IMG/VR virus record: IMGVR_UViG_3300009078_000004
Coordinates: 1-55,089 of that record
Length of the DNA stretch: 55,089 nucleotides
Strand: one strand, 5' to 3'
DNA from: a virus
Lineage: Duplodnaviria; Caudoviricetes
Both the position numbers and the translations under genes were made by a program. This document shows positions 1-8,168 of this stretch, one piece after another. Positions within the stretch are counted from its first letter, which is position 1, and each line of letters begins with the position of its first letter. Below the pieces are notes generated by a model. That model searched no databases, had not been told where the DNA came from, and worked only from the letters and a program-made list of their open reading frames with translations.

Positions 1-123
1 CTGGGAGGACATGCGCATGCACGAGATCCACGACCAGGGCACCTGCGCCGGCCCCGGCTGGTGCGACTGGTGCGGCAACGACATCCCCACCGAGTTCTGA
101 TGACCCAACCCCACCGCTTCAGC
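1..123. repeat. 123-bp terminal direct repeat, copy 1 (circular assembly overlap)
   Basis: 1-123 identical to 54967-55089; junction lies inside the CDS at 54917-55066. Confidence 0.95.
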
Positions 124-152
124 GCACGCCACCAACGGCGTGCGCTGAAGCG
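115..152. terminator. Perfect 16-bp intergenic hairpin (terminator or processing site)
   Basis: cgcttcagcgcacgcc-accaac-ggcgtgcgctgaagcg. Confidence 0.6.
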
Positions 153-170
153 CGTTTCCGAAGGAACCCC

Positions 171-452
171 ATGACCGCACTCGCCAACTTCCTCATCGCC
201 GCATCAGGAGCAGCGGGAGCCATCGCCGCTGGCGCTCTCATGGGGCGGCAACTGCCCACCAGGCGCACGGCACTGTTCGTCGCCGCCTTCGCGGTAGCCG
301 CAGCGGCAGCAGCCGGAGTCGTCCAGCACTACGACACGGCCCGCGCCGAACAGCCGACTACCGTCCGCCCGCTGCCGGATCCGGACGACTGCGTCCAACT
401 CGGCTGGCTCGACGGCGAATGGCGCTGCATCCCCGTAGAACAGGCAGGCTGA
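171..452 (+). CDS. Small membrane protein
   Basis: AAGGA RBS; two hydrophobic Ala-rich segments. Confidence 0.75.
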   Translation: MTALANFLIAASGAAGAIAAGALMGRQLPTRRTALFVAAFAVAAAAAAGVVQHYDTARAEQPTTVRPLPDPDDCVQLGWLDGEWRCIPVEQAG

Positions 453-453
453 C

Positions 454-777
454 ATGACCACCCCAACCCCCGGCGTCGTACGCGTCACGTTCTACGACCT
501 GCCCGGCATGACCGAACCCAGCGTCGAACTCTGGTACAAGACCGACGCTCCGCTGTGCGAACTCGGCGAAGCCGAGACCTCATACGGCTACGTCTCGATC
601 AACCCGCCGTCGCAGTACCGGCCCGAAGGCATCACCGACGCCGAATGGTTCGCCCTCGCCAAAAAGACCAGCGAGGAACCGCACCTGTTCTCCGCCGGCA
701 GGGAGTACCACCCCGGCAACGGCAGGTCGGCGGAAGCCGCAGAGTGGGCACGACGGTACGGATGGGTCGAGTCATGA
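454..777 (+). CDS. Hypothetical protein
   Basis: Tight operon packing; ATGA overlap with next gene. Confidence 0.75.
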   Translation: MTTPTPGVVRVTFYDLPGMTEPSVELWYKTDAPLCELGEAETSYGYVSINPPSQYRPEGITDAEWFALAKKTSEEPHLFSAGREYHPGNGRSAEAAEWARRYGWVES

Positions 778-1172
778 CCGAGCACATCAGCATGGAACAG
801 ATCAGGCGCGCGCGAGCGTTCGTCAACGCCGCCTACTACCCAGACGGCGACCTACCGTCGCCGCGGGTACCGGACGCGTGCACCGCGGAGCGTCCCTTCG
901 GGCCGTGTACGCAACGCTGCGAGCAGCCGGCAGGACACGACGGACCCCACCGCGCATCATGCTTCACCTGGTGCGACCAGCACAACGTCAGCACCGACAT
1001 CGCCAACCTGTGGTCCGGACCCAAAGACCTGTGGAACACCGCCCACGGCGGCCAGATCATCGGCCAGATGGTCACCCGGTACTGCCACAACTGCCCGTGG
1101 ATGGAAGAGCACATGTGCGCGTTCGGCGAGGACGGCGACTGCGACCACACCGAAGGGTGGGCGGAGAAGTGA
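774..1172 (+). CDS. Cys/His-rich hypothetical protein
   Basis: Start at ATGA overlap; CEQPAGHDGPH and CxxC motifs. Confidence 0.7.
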   Translation: MTEHISMEQIRRARAFVNAAYYPDGDLPSPRVPDACTAERPFGPCTQRCEQPAGHDGPHRASCFTWCDQHNVSTDIANLWSGPKDLWNTAHGGQIIGQMVTRYCHNCPWMEEHMCAFGEDGDCDHTEGWAEK

Positions 1173-1552
1173 GGGCGCGTGTGGGCCGGCTGCTACGCCG
1201 ATGGGCAGACCGCCTAGACCCCGACAACGCACTACGCCGCAGTGGCTACAGCTACACCGTCGAACGCCGCTCAACCCACAACCCGAACAGCGTCAAACTC
1301 CACATCGACGGCACCGGGTCGGCGTTCTGGGTATCGGCTGCCGACCAGGAGAAGCGGTTCACCGACGCTGCCACGGACTGGCGTAGCCCGAACGAGAAGC
1401 TAGCCCACATGCTCGACCAGTTCAGGCAGGCCGTAGCCGAAGAAGCAGGGAAGCCAGCACGTGCCTACGGCGGGCCGGTGATGCCGCCGCAGCCGACACC
1501 GTACGATCCCGCCACCGATGGGCCCATCATCAGGCTGAGGGAGGACACGTGA
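1169..1552 (+). CDS. Hypothetical protein
   Basis: GTGA overlaps at both ends. Confidence 0.7.
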   Translation: MRARVGRLLRRWADRLDPDNALRRSGYSYTVERRSTHNPNSVKLHIDGTGSAFWVSAADQEKRFTDAATDWRSPNEKLAHMLDQFRQAVAEEAGKPARAYGGPVMPPQPTPYDPATDGPIIRLREDT

Positions 1553-1755
1553 CTGAGGATTGCGACCACCGATGGGATCATTTCGCCACCAGCGGCATCC
1601 CACCACAGGTGACGACCCGCGTTGTCTGCCGTACCCACGGCGTAAGCGGACAGGCCGGACCAGACAACGCACGCAGCGTGTCGCCGATGACATGGCAGCG
1701 TGACGAAGCACTGCGGGACCTGGCCGCGGCTCATACCCGGATGGGGGAACAGTGA
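1549..1755 (+). CDS. Hypothetical protein
   Basis: GGAGG RBS, GTGA overlaps. Confidence 0.65.
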   Translation: MTEDCDHRWDHFATSGIPPQVTTRVVCRTHGVSGQAGPDNARSVSPMTWQRDEALRDLAAAHTRMGEQ

Positions 1756-1943
1756 CCGTCTACCGGGCACACAATGCAGACCACGGCGACTGGCACGAGA
1801 TCGTCGGCGAGTCAGGCGAGGCCGGCGAAGGCTGCCTCATGACAGGCATCAAAACCTGCGGAGCCGTCCTCCTCGTAGCTGCGGTCGTCGGGATCCTGCT
1901 CGCCGGTACCGCCTACACAGCGTTCAGCTGGGACCTGTGGTGA
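1752..1943 (+). CDS. Small membrane protein
   Basis: GTGA overlaps; C-terminal hydrophobic helix. Confidence 0.6.
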   Translation: MTVYRAHNADHGDWHEIVGESGEAGEGCLMTGIKTCGAVLLVAAVVGILLAGTAYTAFSWDLW

Positions 1944-3124
1944 CCGCCGACGAGCGGCACCAGATCGCCGCACCCATCGCACACCTAGCCGTCCCCATCG
2001 GCGACCTGGTTCCGTACCCGCGCAACCCGCGCCGCGGCAACCTCACCGCCATCGTCGAATCCCTCGCCCGCAACGGCCAATACCGCGGGATCGTCGTCAA
2101 CCAGCGCAACCAGCAGATACTCGCCGGCAACCACACGTGGCAGGCCGCCAAGAAGCTCGGCTGGACACACATCGCCGTCACGTACGTCGACGTCGACGAC
2201 CAGCAGGCCGCACGCATCGTTGCCGTCGACAACCGCGCAAACGACATGGCCACGTACGACTTCGACCAGCTGAAAGAGCTGCTCGACCAGTTGCCTGACC
2301 TGACTGGTACTGGGTACACGGCGGAAGAGTTGGACAACCTGTTGGGGCAGAAGACGGTGTTGCCGCCCGCGGCGCTCACCGACCCTGATGCGACGCCGGA
2401 CGTACCGGACGAGCCCGAGTCACGACCGGGTGATCTGTGGCTGTTGGGTCCGCACAGGCTGCTGTGCGGTGACGCCACCAACCCAGACGACCTGGCGCGT
2501 GTGACGGCGGATGTGGGGGTGCCGGGCATCGTGTACACCGACCCGCCCTACGGCATAGATTTAGTCAATAAATCACGCCGATTTCAGGAGCTCAACTACA
2601 CCCCTGTTGCGGGCGACGAATCAACAGAAGTCGCCCGCGACTCCTTCTCGCTGCTGCACCAGCAGTACAACGAGGCTGCACATGTTTGGTGGGGGGCGAA
2701 CCACTACGCAGCTTCGGCAGCGTTACCAGACAGTCCATGCTGGCTGGTGTGGAACAAAGAGACAAACGGCGACTTCGCCGACGCAGAGTTGGCGTGGACG
2801 AACCAGCAGGGGTCAGCACGTCTTCTAACCCACACCTGGAACGGCTTCCTCCGAGCCTCCGAGCGCGGTAAGCGCGTACACCCCACCCAGAAGCCGGTAG
2901 CGCTCGCCGAGTGGGCGTTCACAGTCGTCGACCCGAAGGCCGAGCGTATGACTGTCCTCGACGTGTTCGGCGGCTCCGGCAGCACGCTCATCGCCGCGCA
3001 CGCCACCGGACGTGTAGCCGCCGTCATCGAGATGGAACCCGCATACGTTGACGTCATCTGCCGCCGGTACTTCGAGCACACCGGGATCAAGCCTGTCCTA
3101 GCCGACCGCGGGGAGTCGCCGTGA
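1940..3124 (+). CDS. ParB/Srx-like domain fused to beta-class amino-DNA methyltransferase
   Basis: LVPYPRNPR..ILAGNHT..AAKKLG (ParB-like); GDLWLLGPHRLLCGD, TDPPY (motif IV), HPTQKP, VLDVFGGSGST (motif I). Confidence 0.9.
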   Translation: MTADERHQIAAPIAHLAVPIGDLVPYPRNPRRGNLTAIVESLARNGQYRGIVVNQRNQQILAGNHTWQAAKKLGWTHIAVTYVDVDDQQAARIVAVDNRANDMATYDFDQLKELLDQLPDLTGTGYTAEELDNLLGQKTVLPPAALTDPDATPDVPDEPESRPGDLWLLGPHRLLCGDATNPDDLARVTADVGVPGIVYTDPPYGIDLVNKSRRFQELNYTPVAGDESTEVARDSFSLLHQQYNEAAHVWWGANHYAASAALPDSPCWLVWNKETNGDFADAELAWTNQQGSARLLTHTWNGFLRASERGKRVHPTQKPVALAEWAFTVVDPKAERMTVLDVFGGSGSTLIAAHATGRVAAVIEMEPAYVDVICRRYFEHTGIKPVLADRGESP

Positions 3125-3636
3125 CCGACATCGTTGTAGGACGCGACACGTCAGTGTTCTCCCGCTCCCCAGCGGCGGTGACCGCGCGGCAGCGGCGGGC
3201 GTTGGAGCTGCGGGCGCTCGGGCTGCCGCTCGACAAGATCGCGAAGATGATGGGCAACATCCGCGTCGACACCACCAAAGCCCTCATCGACCGGGCGTTA
3301 GAAGCACAAGCCCGGCATCTGCGCGAGGACGGGGCGTGGGAGAAAGCGTTCGTCCTGCACACGGAACGCCTGGACATGCTGATGCGGACGTTTATGCCGC
3401 GGGCGTTGAACGGCGACGATAAGGCAGCGTCGCAGGTGGAGAAGCTGTTGACGCACTACGAGCGGTTGCAGGGCCTGGCCGCGCCGCAGCGCCTGGAAGC
3501 TGAGGTGACCGTGGACGACCGTACCGATGCGCGGGCTGAGGTCATCGCCGGTGTGCTGGCACGGTTGGATGATGTGAAGCAGCGGCAGCAGATCATCGAC
3601 GGGTCCGCCGTCGATGCGGAGGTGGAGGCGGCATGA
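3121..3636 (+). CDS. Probable terminase small subunit (HTH)
   Basis: RALELRALGLPLDKIAKMMG HTH; helical body; follows ParB-MTase and lies upstream of terL. Confidence 0.65.
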   Translation: MTDIVVGRDTSVFSRSPAAVTARQRRALELRALGLPLDKIAKMMGNIRVDTTKALIDRALEAQARHLREDGAWEKAFVLHTERLDMLMRTFMPRALNGDDKAASQVEKLLTHYERLQGLAAPQRLEAEVTVDDRTDARAEVIAGVLARLDDVKQRQQIIDGSAVDAEVEAA

Positions 3637-3833
3637 TCGTCAACGGGTGGCAGCGTCCTTCTCGCAGGTTCTGCGAGTCGGCGCACTGCGTGGAAGCAGT
3701 TCGGATCGGGCCGCAGGTGTTCGTCAGGGCGTCCTGCGAGCCGCGGGAGATCACACTTACGCAGGTGGAGTTCGGGGCGTTCCTGTCGGCGGTGAAGGCC
3801 GGCGAATACGATCACATGGTCGATTCGCTGTAG
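3633..3833 (+). CDS. DUF397 family protein
   Basis: W.RPS..C....CVEA....V.VR.S..P....L...EF.AFL..VKAGEYD pattern. Confidence 0.85.
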   Translation: MIVNGWQRPSRRFCESAHCVEAVRIGPQVFVRASCEPREITLTQVEFGAFLSAVKAGEYDHMVDSL

Positions 3834-3844
3834 CGTGTGCGTTG

Positions 3845-3861
3845 CGTGTACACTGTAGCTG
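3845..3861 (+). promoter_or_regulatory. Putative promoter of the RNA island
   Basis: GTG-TACACT -10 at 3849-3854, 6 nt before the first stem at 3861. Confidence 0.6.
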
Positions 3862-3930
3862 TGCCTGTCGGGGCCGGATATACGGCACCTGCCAAGTTGA
3901 CGTGGTTCACGGCCTGGCAGGCACGAACAC

Positions 3931-4005
3931 TCCTGCGTAGATCAATAGGCAGATCACCCCAAGGTTCCAGGCGGGGAGATGCAGGTTCGGATCCTGCGGC
4001 GGGGA
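3931..4005 (+). tRNA. tRNA-like element with degenerate anticodon arm (pseudo-tRNA)
   Basis: TA-GATC-aataggca-GATC D arm; GCAGG-ttcggat-CCTGC T arm; acceptor stem 6/7 pairs; anticodon arm is a 4-bp stem with a 12-nt loop. Confidence 0.6.
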
Positions 4006-4132
4006 CGTTCGTTACAGTTCGAGCGCCTTAGGTGCATACCTCTCGAACTGTGTACGTCCCAGCTAGGCCCGCACACCGAGGGAGCATCCGCATCACAGGC
4101 TGCGGACCCGAAGGGGCCTAGCTGGGGAACAA

Positions 4133-4207
4133 GTCAGTGCAGCTGAGGGGAACAGCGCCCGCCGTGTCGAGGCGGGAGTAATCCGGGTTCGAGTCCCGGT
4201 ACTGGCG
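4133..4207 (+). tRNA. tRNA-Asp(GTC)-like gene with extended anticodon arm
   Basis: Acceptor GTCAGTG/TACTGGC; D arm GCTG/CAGC; CCCGCC-gtGTCga-GGCGGG; T arm CCGGG-ttcgagt-CCCGG; G discriminator; no encoded CCA. Confidence 0.8.
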
Positions 4208-4719
4208 CAAGGCGGCAACAAGGCGCGAGGCCTGACACCCCCACAAGAGGGGGAAGAACCCCGGACGCTGGCAACTGGCCTTCCGAACGCCGGCTCCTAG
4301 GCGTGACAGCCCGGAGAGACGGGATGGAGACCTGGGGAAGACCTGGTGACAAGTCCGGAGAGACGGATGTGGGAAGGTCAGCTGCACATGGGCGGGTAGC
4401 CGCCCCCACCGGCCCGGCAACCCGCCCGCGGGGGAGCCACCGACAGGGAGACAGCGGGACAGTGACCGGGCCGATAAGGGCGCGGTAAGCGTGTGGAGAG
4501 CACATCCCGATCCCTCCACACCGCCCGGTCACACAGCACACGGCAGCGGGTCGACGACGCTGTACGAACCGGGGCGGATCAGGAGGCCCGGCACGACCGG
4601 CTAGGGATGAGGCCGGTCACCTAAGCAGGGTGTGGTGTATCGGGCTAGTTGCATGAGGGCCGAAGGACCGCCGGCGCTGGTACGCCAAACTGCGGTACCT
4701 GTACACCACACCCACAAAC

Positions 4720-4759
4720 GTTCAGCCCCGGCCGACAGGAGTGGCGACCGGGGCTGAAC
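4720..4759. terminator. Bidirectional terminator-like hairpin
   Basis: gttcagccccgg...ccggggctgaac at the convergence of the RNA island and the leftward operon. Confidence 0.65.
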
Positions 4760-5118
4760 TATGAGCCGGATCGGCTCAACTTCAACAGCCGCTCGCGGAC
4801 GTCATACGCCGCACGCCTACGCGACACCGCCGTCGTACACATCCGGTGATGTGCCAACCACATCCGCGCACCAAACGGACCCGTCGACAGGTCATGCCAC
4901 CGCGGCTCCCTACGGTCGTCCTCCGGCCCGCGCAACGCCACCAGACCACACGCCGGCACGGTCTCTTCGCCGAAGAACGCATGAGATGCACGACCACCCG
5001 TCACATACCGCCACGTAACCAGATACGCGGCCCGATACCGGGCCATGCTGTCGTCCTCGGGTGGGCGCTCGCGTCGCATGTACGCGAGCGCCTCCGCGCG
5101 AACCTCCGGTGTCGTCAC
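4759..5118 (-). CDS. Hypothetical protein
   Basis: Last gene of leftward operon; 4-nt overlap. Confidence 0.7.
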   Translation of the reverse strand: MTTPEVRAEALAYMRRERPPEDDSMARYRAAYLVTWRYVTGGRASHAFFGEETVPACGLVALRGPEDDRREPRWHDLSTGPFGARMWLAHHRMCTTAVSRRRAAYDVRERLLKLSRSGS

Positions 5119-5405
5119 CGCCGTTTACCCTTCGCCTTCGGCGCGTCCACGCCCGCACGCGCAAGAAACTCGCCGTTGTCCGCCACCCACTGATCACGGC
5201 ACACATCCGCGCAGAACATGGGCAGCGCCCGCGGATTGCGATCAGCATCCTTGTACGACCCGAACCACGACCACGACGGCCCCCACACACCACGCGTACC
5301 GCAGACCGTGCACACGTACTCCCACGGCCGGTCATCGGCGGCAGGCTCCCGCCACGCACTGTCGCCGCGGCGGGTCACCATCACCGTGTACCCGTCGCCG
5401 GTCAC
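5115..5405 (-). CDS. Hypothetical protein, putative zinc finger
   Basis: CTVC...FCADVC; 4-nt overlaps. Confidence 0.7.
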   Translation of the reverse strand: MTGDGYTVMVTRRGDSAWREPAADDRPWEYVCTVCGTRGVWGPSWSWFGSYKDADRNPRALPMFCADVCRDQWVADNGEFLARAGVDAPKAKGKRR

Positions 5406-5824
5406 TGATCTGCCCCTTCGTCAAACTCGCCAGCCGTGTACATCTCTGCCGGCCACTTCCGCTGCTCGTCGTAGACGAAGTCAGGCCACGGCGGACACGG
5501 AGTCAGATTCCCCGGCGCACACGCCCGGTCGCCCTCCTGCGCGAACAGGCCAGGCCGAAACCCGCCCTCACGCACCCACGACACCTCGTACCGGTCGACA
5601 TCATCGACACCGGCAGCGGCCAGCGCAGGACGCAGGAAGTTGCGTGTCAGGTCAGCAGTGATCCGCGGCATCATCACGTCCACGTAAGCCGTCATGCGCG
5701 CAGCCTCAGCAGCACGCTCATGCTCGATCGCAGCCCACACCGAGTCAACAGCCGTAAACTCGTCCCAGTCGATGCCGAGATCGGCAGCGATCTGCCGTAT
5801 CTTGTCGTCGCGCTCGTCCATCAC
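5402..5824 (-). CDS. Hypothetical protein
   Basis: 4-nt overlaps at both ends; GGAGG RBS. Confidence 0.7.
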   Translation of the reverse strand: MMDERDDKIRQIAADLGIDWDEFTAVDSVWAAIEHERAAEAARMTAYVDVMMPRITADLTRNFLRPALAAAGVDDVDRYEVSWVREGGFRPGLFAQEGDRACAPGNLTPCPPWPDFVYDEQRKWPAEMYTAGEFDEGADQ

Positions 5825-6204
5825 TCCACCTCCGGCGAGCAGTCACGGCACGGCATAGGATCCGTAGGGGGAGCCGCCAGAATGTGGTTTATGGTCCCCC
5901 TGCCACCGCACACCTCACACGCAGGGTTCGCCGATGCTGTAAGCGCCTTCGGCGTGTCCCCGCGCAGCTCGGCGGCACGCCGGCGCAACGACGTAGCCAC
6001 CGACGACATCGTCCGCTGCGTCGCCCGCAACGCCACCGCCGCCTCCGTACCCGTGTCCTCCACATATTCGAGCGCCTGCCCGATGTCATGCGCAGCACGC
6101 TCGTAGTAGCCGACATGCGTATCCAGCTCATCAGCGGCGGCAAACTGCCGGGCCTTCGCCTCGTCGCCGATCCGCTGCGCCTCTTCCTGACCTTCGGTGC
6201 TCAC
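5821..6204 (-). CDS. Hypothetical protein with DnaJ-type CxxCxGxG motif
   Basis: CEVCGGRG...CRDC; overlaps. Confidence 0.7.
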   Translation of the reverse strand: MSTEGQEEAQRIGDEAKARQFAAADELDTHVGYYERAAHDIGQALEYVEDTGTEAAVALRATQRTMSSVATSLRRRAAELRGDTPKALTASANPACEVCGGRGTINHILAAPPTDPMPCRDCSPEVE

Positions 6205-6548
6205 TTCGTCTCCTCACTGATTGGTGTGTCGTGCGTTGCCATCTCGTCGCCCCCACTGCCGCGCGCAACGTCCTGCCATACGGCGATGATGTGGGCGGGG
6301 TGGCTGCGGCCGAGTTCGTTCCAGCCGCACAGGCAGCCGCCGCGGTGTCGCTGGTGGGCGACGAGGACGGGCAGCAGTTCCTCCGCGACCTTCCGCCGGG
6401 TGTCGGCCACGATCAGCTCTAGGCACGCAGGGTGCAGAACGACGATGTCGGCTCGGCTGTCGTAGCCGCTGTCTTGGCTGCTGTCGTAGAGCGCCTTCTT
6501 GCCGCAGTGGGCGCAGAGGTAGTAATCGGCGGTGCTCATGGCGTTCAT
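6201..6548 (-). CDS. Cys/His-rich hypothetical protein
   Basis: CAHCG, CLCG..H..H; overlaps. Confidence 0.7.
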   Translation of the reverse strand: MNAMSTADYYLCAHCGKKALYDSSQDSGYDSRADIVVLHPACLELIVADTRRKVAEELLPVLVAHQRHRGGCLCGWNELGRSHPAHIIAVWQDVARGSGGDEMATHDTPISEETK

Positions 6549-6745
6549 CGCTCCTCTCGTGTGGCGGGCGGGGTCACAGCGGCGGCGGGGGGCAGCGGGT
6601 GTACGACGTACGTCGGCAGGTCGTCTGCCAGCTCGTCACCGGGGATCCGGGCGAGCACGAGGCCGTTGAAGCGCAGCCACTGCTCAAGGCGGAGCCGTAG
6701 TTCGGGGACGATGACGACCTGGATGCAGGCGGGCTCGGTGTCCAT
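6545..6745 (-). CDS. Hypothetical protein
   Basis: GAGGAG RBS before ATG 6745 (MDTEPACIQV). Confidence 0.6.
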   Translation of the reverse strand: MDTEPACIQVVIVPELRLRLEQWLRFNGLVLARIPGDELADDLPTYVVHPLPPAAAVTPPATREER

Positions 6746-6792
6746 GTCGGTGGGCTCCTCGGCTGTCGGGTGTGGGCTCGAACGGGTGACGC

Positions 6793-7482
6793 TCAGCTCG
6801 GGTCGTCGATGCCGGTGAGCTTCACGGCGTCGAGAACCTGGCCGTCGCGGTCGAAGCTGACGGCGAGGAAGGTGTTTGGCGGCAGGTCGGGCGCGTCCAG
6901 CAACTGCGGGTAGAGCACGCCTTCGGCGAGGGGTCCGCCCGACCACGCGTCTCGAACCTCGGCTTCGGTCGCCTGACGCGGGCTGGTCGGTGCGTCGTCC
7001 CACAACCACGTCCGCTCGTTCCACGTCCGCCCCGATGGCGTGACGGTCGCCAGCGGCACGTGGACGCGCTCGGCGGACAGCCGCCACAGGTCGGCGACGC
7101 CCGCCTCCTGGGCGAGGATCGCGAAGCACGTCGGGCAGACGATGCCGTGGTGCATCTCGACGTCGGTGGCGTTGATGTCGCCGCCGCGCATGACCTCGTT
7201 CCACAGCGGCGACGGGGCGCACCAGGGGATGTTGGGTCCGCCGCAGCGTCCGCAGGTGTCCTCGGGGTGGTCGGTGGTGCTGGTGGCGTCAGCACCGCGC
7301 TTCCGGTCGGCGGTGATCAGCGCGGCGACCTGCTCGCGGAGGCCGTCCCAGTTGAACTGGCCGCAGCCCATGCAGATTTCGACGTGGACGGGTTCGCCGC
7401 CGCGCATGTGGGCGACCCAGACGTGCGGTTCGGGTGCGCAGGTCTCGGCTGCGGCGGGCTGGAGTTCGGCGGTGGTGGTCAT
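6793..7482 (-). CDS. Cys-rich hypothetical protein
   Basis: AAGGAG RBS before ATG 7482; CMGCG, CGRCG, CPTC. Confidence 0.7.
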   Translation of the reverse strand: MTTTAELQPAAAETCAPEPHVWVAHMRGGEPVHVEICMGCGQFNWDGLREQVAALITADRKRGADATSTTDHPEDTCGRCGGPNIPWCAPSPLWNEVMRGGDINATDVEMHHGIVCPTCFAILAQEAGVADLWRLSAERVHVPLATVTPSGRTWNERTWLWDDAPTSPRQATEAEVRDAWSGGPLAEGVLYPQLLDAPDLPPNTFLAVSFDRDGQVLDAVKLTGIDDPS

Positions 7483-7561
7483 CTCGGCTCCTTCGCGTAT
7501 CGGTGGGCATTGCTCGGTCGGGCATTCGCAGGCCGGGATGTCGACGGGCCGGCGGGTGCGG

Positions 7562-7807
7562 TCACGGCTTGCGCGCAGCCTCCCACTCCTCCACCGTTGT
7601 GGCAGCCCACTGCTCACGGGTTACGTCCAGGCCGGGGCCGGATGGGCTGAACACGTGCGCGGTCATGACGTCGGGGCTGTTCTCGAACGCGGCGTTGCAG
7701 GCTTCCTCGAAGCTGTGCCAGTACAGGAAGCTGCGGTAGTTGCCGGTCGTGTACGTCCAGTGAACGTGGGGGTCGCCTGGCTGCTGGTAGCGATGTGCGT
7801 GCGTCAT
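7562..7807 (-). CDS. Hypothetical protein
   Basis: GAGGAG RBS; starts MTHAH. Confidence 0.65.
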   Translation of the reverse strand: MTHAHRYQQPGDPHVHWTYTTGNYRSFLYWHSFEEACNAAFENSPDVMTAHVFSPSGPGLDVTREQWAATTVEEWEAARKP

Positions 7808-7816
7808 GGCTTCTCC

Positions 7817-8128
7817 TCAGTTTTCCGGGTCGTGTGTGTAGTCGTAGGAGCATCCGCGCTGAAATGAAGACCTGCACGAATCCTGCAACCCGCCGTCACG
7901 GTTCCGCACAGCATCGGCAAGCACGTACTCGCCGCAGGCGAAGACCGCTCGGTGTTCACCCATGGGCTTACCGAACCAGTCGTTGTCGATCGGACGTCCG
8001 ACGATCCAGTCCGGGCCGACCGCTTCGACTTTCACGCAGCCGTAGTGTGAGTTGCCGAAGATGCCCATGCAGGCACCGTGCAGCATCTCGCCGGCTGTCA
8101 CGGCGGCCGGGTCGTGAGTGTGCGTCAT
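7817..8128 (-). CDS. Hypothetical protein, probably leaderless
   Basis: TATGAT -10 six nt upstream of ATG; starts MTHTH. Confidence 0.7.
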   Translation of the reverse strand: MTHTHDPAAVTAGEMLHGACMGIFGNSHYGCVKVEAVGPDWIVGRPIDNDWFGKPMGEHRAVFACGEYVLADAVRNRDGGLQDSCRSSFQRGCSYDYTHDPEN

Positions 8129-8157
8129 GCACACATCATACCGCATACGGGCGTGCG
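8112..8157. repeat. 46-bp direct repeat copy 1 (promoter plus start cassette)
   Basis: 35-bp exact core, 44/46 identical to 11408-11453. Confidence 0.9.
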
Positions 8158-8168
8158 ATCATCAACGT

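Larger units (their letters stand above)
3861..4713 (+). ncRNA. Large structured non-coding RNA island with embedded tRNA-like modules
   Basis: No credible CDS over ~900 nt in a gene-dense genome; closed stems at 3861-3924, 4002-4060, 4058-4126, 4462-4532, 4628-4713; two cloverleaves. Confidence 0.65.

Noticed and set aside
1-123. Biological terminal repeat defining genome ends
   Set aside because: The repeat begins mid-CDS and is best explained as circular assembly overlap; real ends need read-level analysis
1940-2350. ParABS plasmid-prophage partition system
   Set aside because: The ParB-like domain is fused to an MTase, a common packaging-region gene, and no ParA ATPase was seen
4208-4300. 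Theta/HDV-like or hammerhead ribozyme after the tRNA
   Set aside because: Could not find the P1/P1.1 nested pseudoknot or a CUGAnGA/GAAA core by eye; a covariance search is still worthwhile
4118-4541. Protein-coding ORFs within the RNA island
   Set aside because: No RBS or phage-like composition; they overlap a cloverleaf and stems
3861-4713. Y RNA / Ro60 system
   Set aside because: No Ro/TROVE gene recognised and no clear Ro-binding helix
8118-8168. Shared N-terminus MCVMHTSYR in ORFs 8118 and 11414
   Set aside because: Artefact of reading the duplicated minus-strand promoter cassette; likelier starts are 8169 and 11490
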